Positions 1 to 12,558 of a stretch of 64,000 nt of DNA are shown in pieces. Position 1 is the stretch's first letter, and each line of letters starts with the position of its first letter. This stretch comes from Adineta vaga (taxonomy: Eukaryota > Animalia > Rotifera). A model generated the notes under the pieces. The model worked only from the letters and a program-made list of their open reading frames with translations, searched no databases and was not told where the DNA came from. The stretch is taken from NCBI GenBank assembly GCA_021613535.1, contig CP075495.1, forward strand, positions 3,782,001-3,846,000, read 5' to 3'. The position numbers and the translations under genes were made by a program.

Positions 1-431
1 ATCTTACAGAAAAATATCGATTCACCACAATCTGATCTATTTAAACGTCGTTGAATTAGTCGGGGATATTTCTTTGTGTCAAAATTGAGATCAATATTAA
101 ATCCATAAGCAATAACAGGTCGAGTAGAAAAATGATGAATAGATATTAGAAGTTGAGCTAACAAATCACGATAATTTTCACTGTTATCAATATACGTAAC
201 AAAGGCTTCCTTTGGCATATCATCTAATATTTGATTTTCATCCGGTGATTTAGCTTTGGTATCAGGCCATGCTGTGGCGTGTGTTAACGATCGATTTATT
301 AGTAAATCTTGTGTAGGATAAATCTTTGATTGGGAAAACATGACTGATTTCATATAGATACAAATGAATGTTACTAATAGCAAACAAACGCCAATCCATA
401 GTCCGATTTTGTACGCTTGTTTATCAGACAT
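1..431 (-). CDS. Type II membrane protein, putative GT-A fold glycosyltransferase (GT8/GT71-like); 3' end runs off the window
   Basis: Hand translation from ATG at 431 is open to the edge: MSDKQAYKIGLWIGVCLLLVTFICIYMK (signal-anchor)...MPKEAFVTYIDNSENYRDLLAQLLISIHHFSTRPVIAYG. This resembles the GT8 N-terminal beta-alpha-beta (AFVT..Y..a..L..Sl). A splice acceptor (tttttttag) lies 5 nt before the ATG. Confidence 0.6.
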   Translation of the reverse strand, partial: MSDKQAYKIGLWIGVCLLLVTFICIYMKSVMFSQSKIYPTQDLLINRSLTHATAWPDTKAKSPDENQILDDMPKEAFVTYIDNSENYRDLLAQLLISIHHFSTRPVIAYGFNIDLNFDTKKYPRLIQRRLNRSDCGESIFFCK

Positions 432-643
432 TAGCTCTAAAAAAATAGAAATCATCAAGAAATGCACATTGATTATACAGAAAAAGTTTTCTTAGATATG
501 CGTCCATACAAAACAAACTTAAACGTAAGTTATAAACTTCAGAATGATGAATTAGAAACTATCGTTGACAAGTGTAAGAATAAGGAAAGCAATGTAAGAA
601 CACATTGATCTGAAGGTTAAAATTTAGAGATGAAAAATTGAGA

Positions 644-1470
644 CAGTTTTTTGTAATCCTTTGCGATAAATGAATATTTCCATGTATTTGAGAGTATCAT
701 TAAATATTTCATGAACAAAAGTACATGTAGTAAGTTAACTTACATGACATTTCATCCACTGCTGTTCTGTGACAAAATAATGTTTTACAATTGTTACTTT
801 TTACGATACACTTCATCGAATATATCGATACGCTTGAATTATTTAACTGTATGGAGAAATATTGGATGACAGAAAGACATCGGTAAAGAACGAAATAGCA
901 TAAAAAATAAATCATCATAATTTGCCAGTAATCAGTATGAAAGAAGATGCTTCGAAACAAAATAAAATTTCATCATATATGTGACAATCTATAGCGATCA
1001 TTCCATATCCATTCTCCACTTTGGTATTTGTCCTCTTACCGATCATATCTTCACCCGCGCAGTTCTCTTTATCGGATATCATCCTCCATATTTAGAACGC
1101 ACTTGCTCTTTGATCGAATGTTCTTGTTTTAGTGCTAAGGACGTTTTTCTGTCAGGTGTGATATTTTTCTGTAACGCGATACTGAATATTCCGAGTACTA
1201 TATATAGGACGAGGAATATGCAGTAAGGCATGTCTTTTCTGGAACGAAATAAAGAGATATTCACCGTCCTATTCCATCGTACGGGTCCTAGTCCGAAAAT
1301 TGTCGCAATATATAAATAAAAAAACAGTCTAACATTCGCTAGAACTTACAATCTATATCAGAATGTTTTTGTAATCGATAGTTTTGTATATATTCAATTT
1401 TGTTTTTACGCGAAAGAGGATGTCAGAATGCAGGAAATAATAAACTTTGAAATGCAAGATTACAAAACTG
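644..1470. mobile_element. Possible old, degenerate TIR element (MITE) enclosing the solo LTR
   Basis: Left end cagttttttgtaatcctttgc...tatttccatgtatt aligns imperfectly with the reverse complement of the right end (cagttttgtaatcttgc...tatttcctgcatt). Termini are CAGT...ACTG, with TA on the right only. Confidence 0.35.
980..1307 (+). mobile_element. Solo LTR of an LTR retrotransposon (328 bp)
   Basis: TG...CA ends with a short inverted repeat TGTGACAAT / ATTGTCGCA (8/9 match), ATATA on both flanks (5-bp TSD), an internal TATA-like tatatata (~1198) followed by aataaa (~1248), and higher GC than the flanks. Confidence 0.7.
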
Positions 1471-3727
1471 TAAACTAGTAGAAATAATTTTTGTGAGCAA
1501 AAATAGGCCAAAAATATGTTTTAGTATTTTTTAAGATCGGAAGACGAGTTACCTTTCTGTACGTTTAATTTAGTTTCGAAAAATTCGACAAACACTGTTT
1601 TTTTAGCGGGAATAGTTAAATACCGAATCAAAATTATTGCTGCGAGTAATACAAGACTCGAATACATACTCATATCTTTCGGATGATTGTTATGAAATAC
1701 TTGATGTTGATACGGAGGAATTCACTTTCATATGGTTATGGCAAATTTAATTTTGTAGTTAAGCAGGAACAAAACTACTGAGACATAAGTATGTTCCAAC
1801 AAAGTGGAAAAAAAAGTTGTTTTTAGAAGAACGAATCGAGTTGTGTCAAATATTCATTTTTTTCGTCTCTAGTGTCAAATCTCTGCAAGAGTATTTTCTG
1901 TTTGAAATCAAACACATGGTTTTATAATGTTCTAAACAGTGCACTTTTCTATTTTCAAAATACGAATAAAAACACTTCAAATTTCAATCTTACTCACATG
2001 GAATAAATTCATGATAGAAAAATAAACCTTCATGTATATTTTCAAGAAAAAGGGCATCTATTTCTTTCATAATGAACTAAATTTTTCAATAAGAAACTAA
2101 AATTGAAAGAAATCAAATTAGTTTAACAATTGATAATCGTTTTGCTTGTTTCTACATTTCAAAACTACATCTTATTGGATGATCTCTGTAATGTTTATTG
2201 CAAGTAGTCATCTTGGATAACTAAGCATGCTGCAATCAAAACAACGGATAGATAGCTAATATCTATATATGGAAGTTTAAAGTTTAAATGAGCAGTTGTG
2301 TTAAAATACGATTGGTGCAGATTCATATAAATATAGACATGCTGCTGAATTGACAAACATATTGTTGTTTACACTCAGCAGTGTGGTAACAAAAATATCA
2401 TGTTCACAAGTAAGAGTATGCAGATTACTTTCAGTATTGTATCATAAAAAGATGACTGTCTATGCAATTTGAACTTTTGTGTTATCGTTTATTCGGGAAA
2501 TATTTTGTTGTTTTTATATTTCATAATAATAAAAAGCATATGCTAAGAAAGAATGTTGATAATATAAAACATTTAACTATGTTATAGTATTAATTATTCA
2601 ACAATCAATCAATATAAAATCAATGCAAAATTTATAAACTATTTATTTCGTTTTAGGAGGCGTAGATAAACAACAGGACAAAATTATATAAATACAATTA
2701 TGATTATCAACATTCAATCAAACATCAGAGAACCTTGGCGTCAATGTGTTACCAAGATATATGAATTAAAGGGCTAATTGTTCCTCGTCACAACCTCTAT
2801 TTCAAAAACAGCTTTTTGAATATCATTCGATGTGTATTTTATAATATTTCTAATCTTTCAATGACAATCGATACATACATTGAAAATATTCTTTGTTGAT
2901 TTCATTCTTCGTTCAAAATAGTTACTCTCGTTTTCTGCACCATAAAATCAAACGAAAAAGAAAGTCTTATTGATATTTAATCGAACTTCTTCTGGCTTCA
3001 TTTACTATGAAATTTTTCATCTCATAGTCGTCTTTTCATTTCATTTTGTAAAACAAGTGCATTTCTCATGTGATATATGTTGATTGTGAAATGGTACCAA
3101 TCAATAAGATCGTACGTTGACGTAAAAACTCTTCTCATCATAAAATCACAGTTCATATCAACTTCAAAATGAACTGACATAGAAAAAGAAAAAGAATTCA
3201 CAGTTTTTCTCTTTCCTTAGGCTTTTTTCCGTATGTCGCCCGATTATGTACGGAGAAATATAACAAAAATAGACGAACGAATATACTCGTTTGCATTATA
3301 AAGCAGACTTATTTTTTCTCTCTAGAAAAATCAAATAATACTTGATCAACACCTTTTTCCCATGACAACAAATTGACAATCAAAGAAATAATATAGGTAA
3401 GAAAAATATAAAAACAATTAGATTTGATTGAATTTTATTCGTATATATTTGCAATCAACGTAAATTTAATCTATCGAATAATAAATTCTATTTATTCAAT
3501 GGCAACCTTGCATGTACTTGTTTGAATGAATACAAGAAAATCATTTCTTTGATTACAAAACAAAAAATCGTAAAAAGTCTTCATCTCGATTACAGGATTG
3601 GTTAATGTTGAAGTATAAAGCAATGATTTTGTTCACATTCATGTATACTTTGCTTTCAAATAATCATTTTTTGTAGATTTTTTTTCTTGTTACGGTATTT
3701 AATCAACACCAATACCTCCTCTCATTG

Positions 3728-6700
3728 ATGTCTAGTACTTTGAGTCTTCTTCTGAACCATCCATTAGTTCCTAATCGAAGTAAATTCAACAAAACCTTTT
3801 TTTCACAATAAAACCTATTATCATTTGGTTTCTATCCAATTTAGATGAACCTGAACAGATGGAAATATATGCGAATGATTTAACTACAAACATTATAAAA
3901 GATGCTAGCAAAACAGCAAGTGAAAATTATGATGAAGATAACAATGAATTAACGTAAATATTGTCAATGATATCATACTGTTTGTTATTAAAGAATTTGT
4001 TTTTAGTAACTATCAAATTTCAAAACAAACTCCATTGGAAGGTACATTGACAGTTTCAGAAAAATTTGATCAATCATCAACGCATCCAGATTTTGATTAT
4101 GATGATATTCAACAGAAAATGACGGATGTTATTCATGATATTCGATCTCGATCAGGTGATGAAACAGATTTCGTACAAAAATCGATTGTATCCGATCATT
4201 TACGTCGTGATTCAATCCATAATTCAACACCTACTATTCATCCATCAACACGAAAGGATTCCATCGAAGATAATCAAAATAAAGATATAATACGATCTTT
4301 AAGTGAATCAGCTATTGTTGATCATCAACAAGTGACTGACCAATCATTACCTATTCGTCAAGATGAAAGTTCATCGGATAGTGATGATCTCTACGGTATA
4401 CAAACAGCACCAATGAATGTATCTGGTCATGTTGATGATTATCAGTCTGAACGAGAAAATCCTATAAATAATCGGTTGGATGATGACGATGATGATGAAT
4501 TTTTTAATACAAAAATGAGAACTATTAATGATAATTATTCATCATCAACTATTATTAAACAAAATAACCTTGATGAAACAACACGATTTCGACCGACATC
4601 ATCAGCTAGTAAACCATCCATTTATACATTACATGAAGAAGTTAGATTTTCAGTTGCTAAAACTTTAATTAATTAATATAGAATACATTTTTTTATTTAG
4701 TCATCTGCATCGTCAAAGATAAATTCTTCAAATTTACTCGATGATACACATTCTAATCTTGAAGCTGAAATCACTAGTACTCGTAATCTCGTCGATAGTA
4801 TGTCATTAATTGTTCGTGCACGATCATCATCACCGAATGATTCACAAGTAAACGAAAACGATCGAAAAAGTCCATCTGTAGATAACAACAAAGTTAATTC
4901 TTCTACTGCATTGGATGACAATAAATCATATAATCAACTTGTAGAACAACCATACTCATCAGAACCACCAAACGAAAGTACAGTTAACAAGAATCAACAA
5001 CACATATCTCGATCGAATAGTAGCATACAAATCGTCTTTTAACACCAGAGAAAAATTCAACACGTAGTTCATCTACGGAACAGCTATTCATTCCAACAAA
5101 TGACTTTGTTAATGAACGAGTTAATAGTCCACCACCCACGCCATCTAAAGCTGGACTTAGATCTCTTGTATTATTCAATCCTTTATTAAAGGATAGTTTT
5201 ATCGATAAAGAACAAGATCAAACTCGATCACCAAGTGAAGTAAGTCGTAGAAGTTCAGCGGCAAGTAGAATTAGCAATGAAAAAACCATCGAAGGTGATA
5301 TTGTTTCCACACAGAATCGAAGAGAAAGTAATGATAGTGAAAACTTTTCAGCAAATATCGATTCAAAATCAATGAAGTACGCATCGTATATCTTTTAAAG
5401 TTAAGATAAATATTTCAATGCTTTTTTTTAGTGACCATAATGATGAAACAATGAGTCAAGCAGAACAACTATTTAATAATCGAGAAGAAAGTAATTTTGA
5501 ACATCAAGGCGAATTGAACGAGTAATAATTTGAATGAATAGTAAACTAGATTATTTATTGATACTTTAGTAATCAAGATCACGAAGTAGAAAATCAAGCC
5601 ACCACAGGAATCAACAAGGTAATAATATCTATTGACAATGTGTAAATAGAAAAACAGTCTTCATTCGTAGTCATCAAGAAGATTTCATCGCTGATCAAAC
5701 AATTCTCAATCAAAGACAAAATGATGATTTACTACAAAAATCATCCAGTCGAAAAGGAAGTATCGTTTCTGAATCATCAGTTTCCAATAAACGAGAAAGT
5801 ATTAATCTTGATCAAAAAGCTTCCGACCAACAGAATCGCTCACATGATGAACAGACAAATGTTGCAGATTTAGAACATGAGGCTTCTACTATAAAACAAG
5901 CAAATCATCCTATCGAACAACAAAAGTCATCAATCCATGAAATAGATAATAATCTAGCTAAGCAATCAGCAAGGTATAAGATTGCTACATTACTCTCTTA
6001 AATTCTGTATTCTCTATTGTAGTCGTGATCGTAATAGTTCGACTAGACACGAACCAACTCTTTCTACTAAACATAAACGAGAATCGGCATCATCAATCGA
6101 GAAAGATATAAAGCACCGCATATCTCGTCAACGATGTTCGGAACCATCGTTAAAACGAAATTCTCGTTTATCTACAGATGAAACTACTGTCACATCGATT
6201 ATTATGGATTCCTCAAAAACGCGTCTGCAAAATCGAAAAGTAATTATCTTTTAATCTGTTGATTTCTAAAAGAATTCGATTTTCTTTGTTTTTATGTTTC
6301 AGCATACATCCACAACAGAATCTGATTTTGAACGTCAAAAAATATCGACGCTACCTTCAGTTAGTTCTTCATCTCAACGAGAAAAACTCCATCATTCTGA
6401 AACATATAATAAACAATTAATACCACCTCTATCGAATCGATCGAATAAAAAAAAATACATGTCCTCATCACCAAGCGAAGATGAACCATCGGCGCGTTGG
6501 ATAAAACATACAAGTATTCCATCAATACATTTCACCGATGACGAACTTGCCACATCATGTAATCAAGAATCAGAAAAATCGAAACAAAAATTAGAACGTA
6601 CTTCAACAGCAAAGAAAACGAATGTAACAGATAGACAACATCGTCCTTCACAACGAAGTCTTAGTGTTCATTCTTCGACACATATTCCTGTCGCTGATGG

Positions 6701-7724
6701 TAAATCATTGGATTCAACATCAGAAAATAATACTAATCTTAGTCAACGAAATATAAAAACAACGACGAATTCTAAACAACGGCAACAAAGTTCCTCGGAT
6801 GAAATAGGTAAATTATTATCTATTTATTTCGTATGTATAAATAGATTCAAAATATAGATCTAACATCACAAAAACCTTTGAAAGCAACGAAACCAATGTC
6901 AGAACATCTTCATCCTACTCGTCGACATGTATCAAATCAAGACAAAGATCCTGTCAACGTGAATATTACTCTTGTTGTTAAAAAGATTTCTGATAGTGAG
7001 AATGATCGTTTAACAACTGCTGAAGCATTTGTTCATCAAGAATCTTCACAATATTTTGAATCTCCTCAACATTCTACCGTGCAAAACATAGAGAAATTAA
7101 AGAAACGATCTAAATCCGTTGAACATCATGATCGTCATACGCAATCGGATAGTGAACAAATCATTACTGAAAAACAGAAAAAACATCGACGTCCAAAACT
7201 TATTTCACGTACATGTCAAACATATGAATGTATTTTTCGACGAATGGAACGTGAACGACATCAAGGATTACGAGCTATAAGTGCTGTAGAGAAAAACATT
7301 CAAACACGAAAATCACAAGTACGTTCAGGAAACAGATCACCGAAAAAATATTCTTCTCCTTATTTATCTGCTGATTCATTCAAGTATGTCTCATCATAAG
7401 GTTTTCCTCTCTCTCTCTATATATATATGAATATGAATATCTCTCTATAGAATTGAAGAAATGCTTCGAAAACAATATTATCAATCTCGAAGAAATCTAA
7501 CAAAATCTTCACCTCTTTCTCGTAGTATGTCTCCTCAAGGTGGAAAATTGTTAATTCTTCGACCAACATTACCATTTCATCATACTGATGCCGTTAGTGT
7601 TCAACGTATTTGTCTTCAATATGCCATAGATCTAGTCCCACAGAATACTGCATCGACCAATCGAAATAAATCAGCTACTGTTAAATCAGAGAACATAAAG
7701 ACCAATGATGTCACATTCACATAA
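3728..7724 (+). CDS. Multi-exon low-complexity (S/D/E/Q/R-rich) protein of unknown function; one or two frame disruptions
   Basis: About 11 exons with GT-AG introns can be chained from ATG 3728 to TAA 7724, covering ORFs 4035, 4800, 5982, 6294, 6878 and 7461. The frame breaks at ~5024-5040 and in the 49-nt exon 5570-5618. No domain recognised. Confidence 0.7.
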
Positions 7725-9719
7725 GAAAAGATCAACGAAAGAACCATAATTCATTCCAAAGAGGAATTTAACTCTGACAATTCAATTTTTCCTTTATTCA
7801 TATAATTTTTTCGAGAAATAATTATATCTATAAAATTTGCTTCTTGTTTTTCAACATTATAGAGAAATATAAATGAACAAAAACACTTGATAAAATATTC
7901 ATAAATGATTCGATAAAACTTTATTTGTTGATATGAAAATGTACAGTCAGAATGCTGCACTGATTTTTCTTTCATTCATGATTTCTACGTGAAAATAAAA
8001 CATCAACATTACACAAAATACTTAAAGATGATATACATGGAACTGTAATGGTTCATGACATTAAAAGTGAATTGACATATTTTAGTCAACGAGGAAGTAT
8101 TTTTCTATCATTTATTCTTCTGTACATCTGAAGGATGTATTTAATATCATTCGAGCATTAATAAAAACGCACTTTCTCTTTTAATCACGCATCTATTAAT
8201 GACTACATATAGGTGAAAGAGATCTACGCTCGAATAAATAAGTAAATGTTGTACACACGTGACTGAACTAGCATACAATCCTATTCAATGTAGGCGTCCG
8301 TGAGATAATCATATGTTGTTAGAAATAGATTCAAATGATAGCGTAGAATAGTACGGAAATAATAAGGAATTTTATTCATAATAACAGCTATTGACAAACA
8401 ATCTTTACATTCAATTGTATGCTGTTAGCCAGGAAACCCATAAAGATGTACTTCATACAAGAGAGGTTCTAACAACTCATTCGTTCTCTTTATTTTCTTT
8501 CAATAAAGACAAATCTTACTACATAGCTACATATTTAGTTATAAGTATAGTATCATTAATGATAGACTTCTTAGATTTTCTTCATGGGCATTAGAGAATA
8601 TGGGATAAAAGTCTTTTTGCGATCATCTATCTAATCTGTATAGTCAAGTAGAAGGAAAAATATTAAATTCAGTTTTGTCTATTCAACTTTTTCTCTCGTT
8701 TTCTTTCCATGTTTGTCTCTAAACTATTAGAAGAGACAATTAATTGCGAAGACCAAGTGTACACACTACAATTCGAACTGTAATTGCACTTGTTTGTCAC
8801 GCATGTTTTAATATATATTCTATTTTAGATGGAAAATATTCCAGCACACACGTCAAGAGTATTATATCGATGACAAAAGAGAGTAATGTCTTTTATTTGA
8901 TTTATTTCATCTTAACAAATGTTTTGTAATTGTTCAAATAAATAAGTAAGTTATCCAATTATATTGAAATTCGTTCGACTTTATATGAGATCGGAAAAGG
9001 AATTCTATTGATCATCGTCCTTTCAATATTTACAAATTGGAGTAAACAAGAGAGTAAAGTTTATTGTTATTCAATTCTACATGAACGTTAAATACAACAT
9101 ATTCATTTGATCTCTCATTGTTTTGTTTTGGTTTGTACTCTATATATTGAAATAGCAGGTGAACTTGATTAATTAAGGTCATTTTTTGTTCTTGATGAGC
9201 TTAACATTTTATTAAGAAAAATAGTTATTTCGGTTTTGATATTTTCCTTATCGAAATGTCGTCAGAGAATACCAATAATAGCTATAACACGTAGAACAAG
9301 CAGAATATGGAAAGAAAAATGATACTGATCGGATACTGCTGCTTGAACATATGCGTACGTTCATTAAATGTCGAAGGCATTTTCTCATTCTATTTTTTCT
9401 CAATAAATAACATAAGTGAACACATTAGAGCTATAACTTCTTTCATTCCCATAATCATTTCTTTGTTGCTAGAGTATATGCAATGCATAAATACACTACT
9501 GATGGAATTGGCTTAGCAACTGAGATAATATAATTATCTGATTCAATGTGAATAAAGTGAGATTTTCATAGATTTGATGTATAAGAAAACAAAGATTCCT
9601 TTTTATTTGTCGTTTTTGGAGTAGTTATTTATATCGATGTTGGAGGTTATATTCTATGAGATTTCAGCGTTTCTTATGTAATTACGCAATAACAGCATTA
9701 GAGGTGAAAAAAAAGTAGT

Positions 9720-9792
9720 CGCCCGAGCAGGGGCTCGAACCCTGGACATTGTGGTTAAAAGCCACACGCTCTACCGACTGAGCTACCCGGGC
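9720..9792 (-). tRNA. trnK-UUU: tRNA-Lys(UUU) copy 1
   Basis: GCCCGGG-TA-GCTCAGTCGGTAGAGC-G-TGTGG CTTTTAA CCACA-ATGTC-CAGGGTTCGAGCCCCTG-CTCGGGC-G folds as a cloverleaf with anticodon TTT, followed by a T-run Pol III terminator. Confidence 0.97.
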
Positions 9793-10586
9793 ATACTCCT
9801 ATTTTAAGTTTTTTTCTTGTCTATCAGTTATATAATACATAAAATCAAAATATTGATGTCCTTGAACATTATATGAACGCTAGAATACATCCAAGCATCT
9901 GTTCGTATTCCCCATAGATTGATATAGGTATTTTAGTCTAGTTAATGCGCGAATCTGATTATTAGAAAGTGTAAAAATGATTTAATACTGTCAAGGTTTT
10001 GAAGTGAAAATATTAGATTTAGTTCATGAAATAAATTCATCGAGAACTAGTTCAAATGAACATCGATTTTTATGAACTTTAGCTTGAACAATAAACGCAA
10101 AAATAGAACGATAAATTGCCACGACTTTCTTGTAATAGCAGATTTTATGAATCATAAATGTGGAGTCAGCTGTTGACATACAAGAAATTACATTGATATT
10201 TATGAAATCCATTAAATAATGTTATTAGTTGTCTAACACACTATACTATCAAATAATTAGTAGAAATCTTCACGCAGCGATTCCATCATTTTTATCTTCA
10301 TTCCTTATTCGACCACTTTTTATTTGAGTGAATATATACCATAAGCAAAACAAAATTCTTAGAGAGTGAACGTATGGTATTCAATTTTATGAATTAATAC
10401 TGACAAATTAATTCAACATTATTCACTGACAATGAATAATAAGAAAAGAAAATTTCACTGATTAGAAATCAATTATTACGCATTAAATAAAAATTTCTTG
10501 CAAGAGATATAGATTGATTTGTTGAAGCAGATGATAATATCGGAAAGAAATTGTTCTCCAAATATTTAAAAACAAAAAAGGATAGT

Positions 10587-10659
10587 CGCCCGAGCAGGGG
10601 CTCGAACCCTGGACATTGTGGTTAAAAGCCACACGCTCTACCGACTGAGCTACCCGGGC
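10587..10659 (-). tRNA. trnK-UUU: tRNA-Lys(UUU) copy 2
   Basis: Identical 73-nt sequence plus downstream T-run. Confidence 0.97.
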
Positions 10660-10767
10660 TGACTTCTTTCTCATAAGAGATGTATATCTTTTAGTTACGT
10701 AATACTTATTGCAATAGAACAAGAATTTTTCGAAGGCTATACACATTTTAAGATAAAAAAGGATAGT

Positions 10768-10840
10768 CGCCCGAGCAGGGGCTCGAACCCTGGACATTGT
10801 GGTTAAAAGCCACACGCTCTACCGACTGAGCTACCCGGGC
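10768..10840 (-). tRNA. trnK-UUU: tRNA-Lys(UUU) copy 3
   Basis: Identical 73-nt sequence, 181 bp from copy 2. Confidence 0.97.
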
Positions 10841-10919
10841 ACACTTTCTTTGTATTAAATATCTGTTTATCAGCTTTGTAATCATTATATAAATGAAAAA
10901 AGAACTGTTGAAAACTATA

Positions 10920-11715
10920 CAGCATGATTACGTTGATTTTGACCATTTTGTTTAGTTTGCTGTATTTAGCGAGATCATCAGATACTTTTTCTTTTTATAT
11001 AGCTTGATAAAGCATCATTTACTCTGTCGATCTATATAGTTTTCATTTTGTTTATTTTAAAACTTGTTCGCAAACTTTATGCATTCATAAAAACAGTCAT
11101 TCAAAATGTTTTAAAACTAGCAATTTTTTCACTCTATCTCAAGTAATACCTCTTAATGATTAATTTCTTGAGAGTATTAATACTTTTTATTTTTATATAG
11201 AATAACAGATCATAATTTTCTCTATCAAGCTAAGCATTTAGTTTTGCTATAAGCTTGAGGAACGTTTTTTTGAAGGACTAGTTTTGAACTATTTTTGTAA
11301 ATGACTTTTGTACTTTTCTTCGAACAAGCTTTAGTTCCTTGGGCGTTTGGATCTTTGCTTTAATATATAACATGTAGCTGAATAAAGCATTGACTCCTCT
11401 ATTGCCTTGTATACTTTTAATTAGCTTTTTGATATTTTTTTTCCCGAGGAATCTTGATGTATTTTTTTCCATTTAAAATAATTCTCATTATCGATGATTT
11501 CAATCGAAGTGAAATATGAGTACGCAAAAGTTCAAAACCAGGGCTTCTCAAATACTATTAGACTTTAGCACGAGGTTTAAAATAAACAAAATAAAAACTA
11601 TATAGCTCGACAGAGTAAATGATGCTTTATCAAGCTATATAAAAAAAATACCTGACGTTCTCTCTGTGAATACAGCAAACTAAGCGAAACGGTCTAAATC
11701 AACGTGATCATCCTG
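10920..11715. mobile_element. Non-autonomous Tc1/mariner-type element (MITE, 796 bp) inserted in the tRNA array spacer
   Basis: TA|CAG...CTG|TA ends and ~160-bp imperfect TIRs, including tatatagcttgataaagcatcatttactctgtcga (~10995-11030) with its exact reverse complement at ~11607-11641. No transposase ORF. Confidence 0.85.
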
Positions 11716-11752
11716 TATATAATATATTCGATCAAACGAGAAAAAAAATAGT

Positions 11753-11825
11753 CGCCCGAGCAGGGGCTCGAACCCTGGACATTGTGGTTAAAAGCCACAC
11801 GCTCTACCGACTGAGCTACCCGGGC
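11753..11825 (-). tRNA. trnK-UUU: tRNA-Lys(UUU) copy 4
   Basis: Identical 73-nt sequence. Confidence 0.97.
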
Positions 11826-11933
11826 TGACTTCTTTCTCACAAGAGATTTGTATCTTTCAGTTACGTAATAGTTATCGCAACAGAAAAAGAATTTTGGAAA
11901 GCTAAATACGTTCAAACGAAAAAAAAGGATAGT

Positions 11934-12006
11934 CGCCCGAGCAGGGGCTCGAACCCTGGACATTGTGGTTAAAAGCCACACGCTCTACCGACTGAGCTAC
12001 CCGGGC
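11934..12006 (-). tRNA. trnK-UUU: tRNA-Lys(UUU) copy 5
   Basis: Identical 73-nt sequence. Confidence 0.97.
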
Positions 12007-12113
12007 ACACTTTTTCTTCACGAGAGATGTATATCTTTTAGTTACGTAATAGTCATCGCAACAGAAAAAGAATTTTCGAAAGCTAAATACGTTCAAATGA
12101 AAAAAAGGATAGT

Positions 12114-12186
12114 CGCCCGAGCAGGGGCTCGAACCCTGGACATTGTGGTTAAAAGCCACACGCTCTACCGACTGAGCTACCCGGGC
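12114..12186 (-). tRNA. trnK-UUU: tRNA-Lys(UUU) copy 6
   Basis: Identical 73-nt sequence in an exact 180-bp tandem unit. Confidence 0.97.
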
Positions 12187-12293
12187 ACACTTTTTCTTCA
12201 CGAGAGATGTATATCTTTTAGTTACGTAATAGTCATCGCAACAGAAAAAGAATTTTCGAAAGCTAAATACGTTCAAATGAAAAAAAGGATAGT

Positions 12294-12366
12294 CGCCCGA
12301 GCAGGGGCTCGAACCCTGGACATTGTGGTTAAAAGCCACACGCTCTACCGACTGAGCTACCCGGGC
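12294..12366 (-). tRNA. trnK-UUU: tRNA-Lys(UUU) copy 7
   Basis: Identical 73-nt sequence in an exact 180-bp tandem unit. Confidence 0.97.
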
Positions 12367-12485
12367 TGACTTCTACCTTACAAGAGATCTGTATCTTTCA
12401 GTTACGTAATACTTATTGCAATAGAAAAAGAATTATCAAAAAGTATATATATACTATTTTTTCGATAGACGAAAAAAAGGTTAGT

Positions 12486-12558
12486 CGCCCGAGCAGGGGC
12501 TCGAACCCTGGACATTGTGGTTAAAAGCCACACGCTCTACCGACTGAGCTACCCGGGC
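12486..12558 (-). tRNA. trnK-UUU: tRNA-Lys(UUU) copy 8
   Basis: Identical 73-nt sequence, 192 bp from copy 7. Confidence 0.97.

Larger units (their letters stand above)
10587..12558 (-). repeat. Tandem tDNA array, ~180-192 bp unit (tRNA plus related spacer)
   Basis: Spacers are mutually similar (…agttacgtaata…agaaaaagaatt…). 12001-12180 and 12181-12360 are identical. Confidence 0.95.

Noticed and set aside
10483-12369. Repeated ORFs (…ARVAQSVERVAFNHNVQGSSPCSG…) and a CRISPR-like repeat/spacer look
   Set aside because: These are translations of the tRNA-Lys genes. The 73-nt repeats fold as tRNA, the spacers are mutually homologous, and there are no cas genes.
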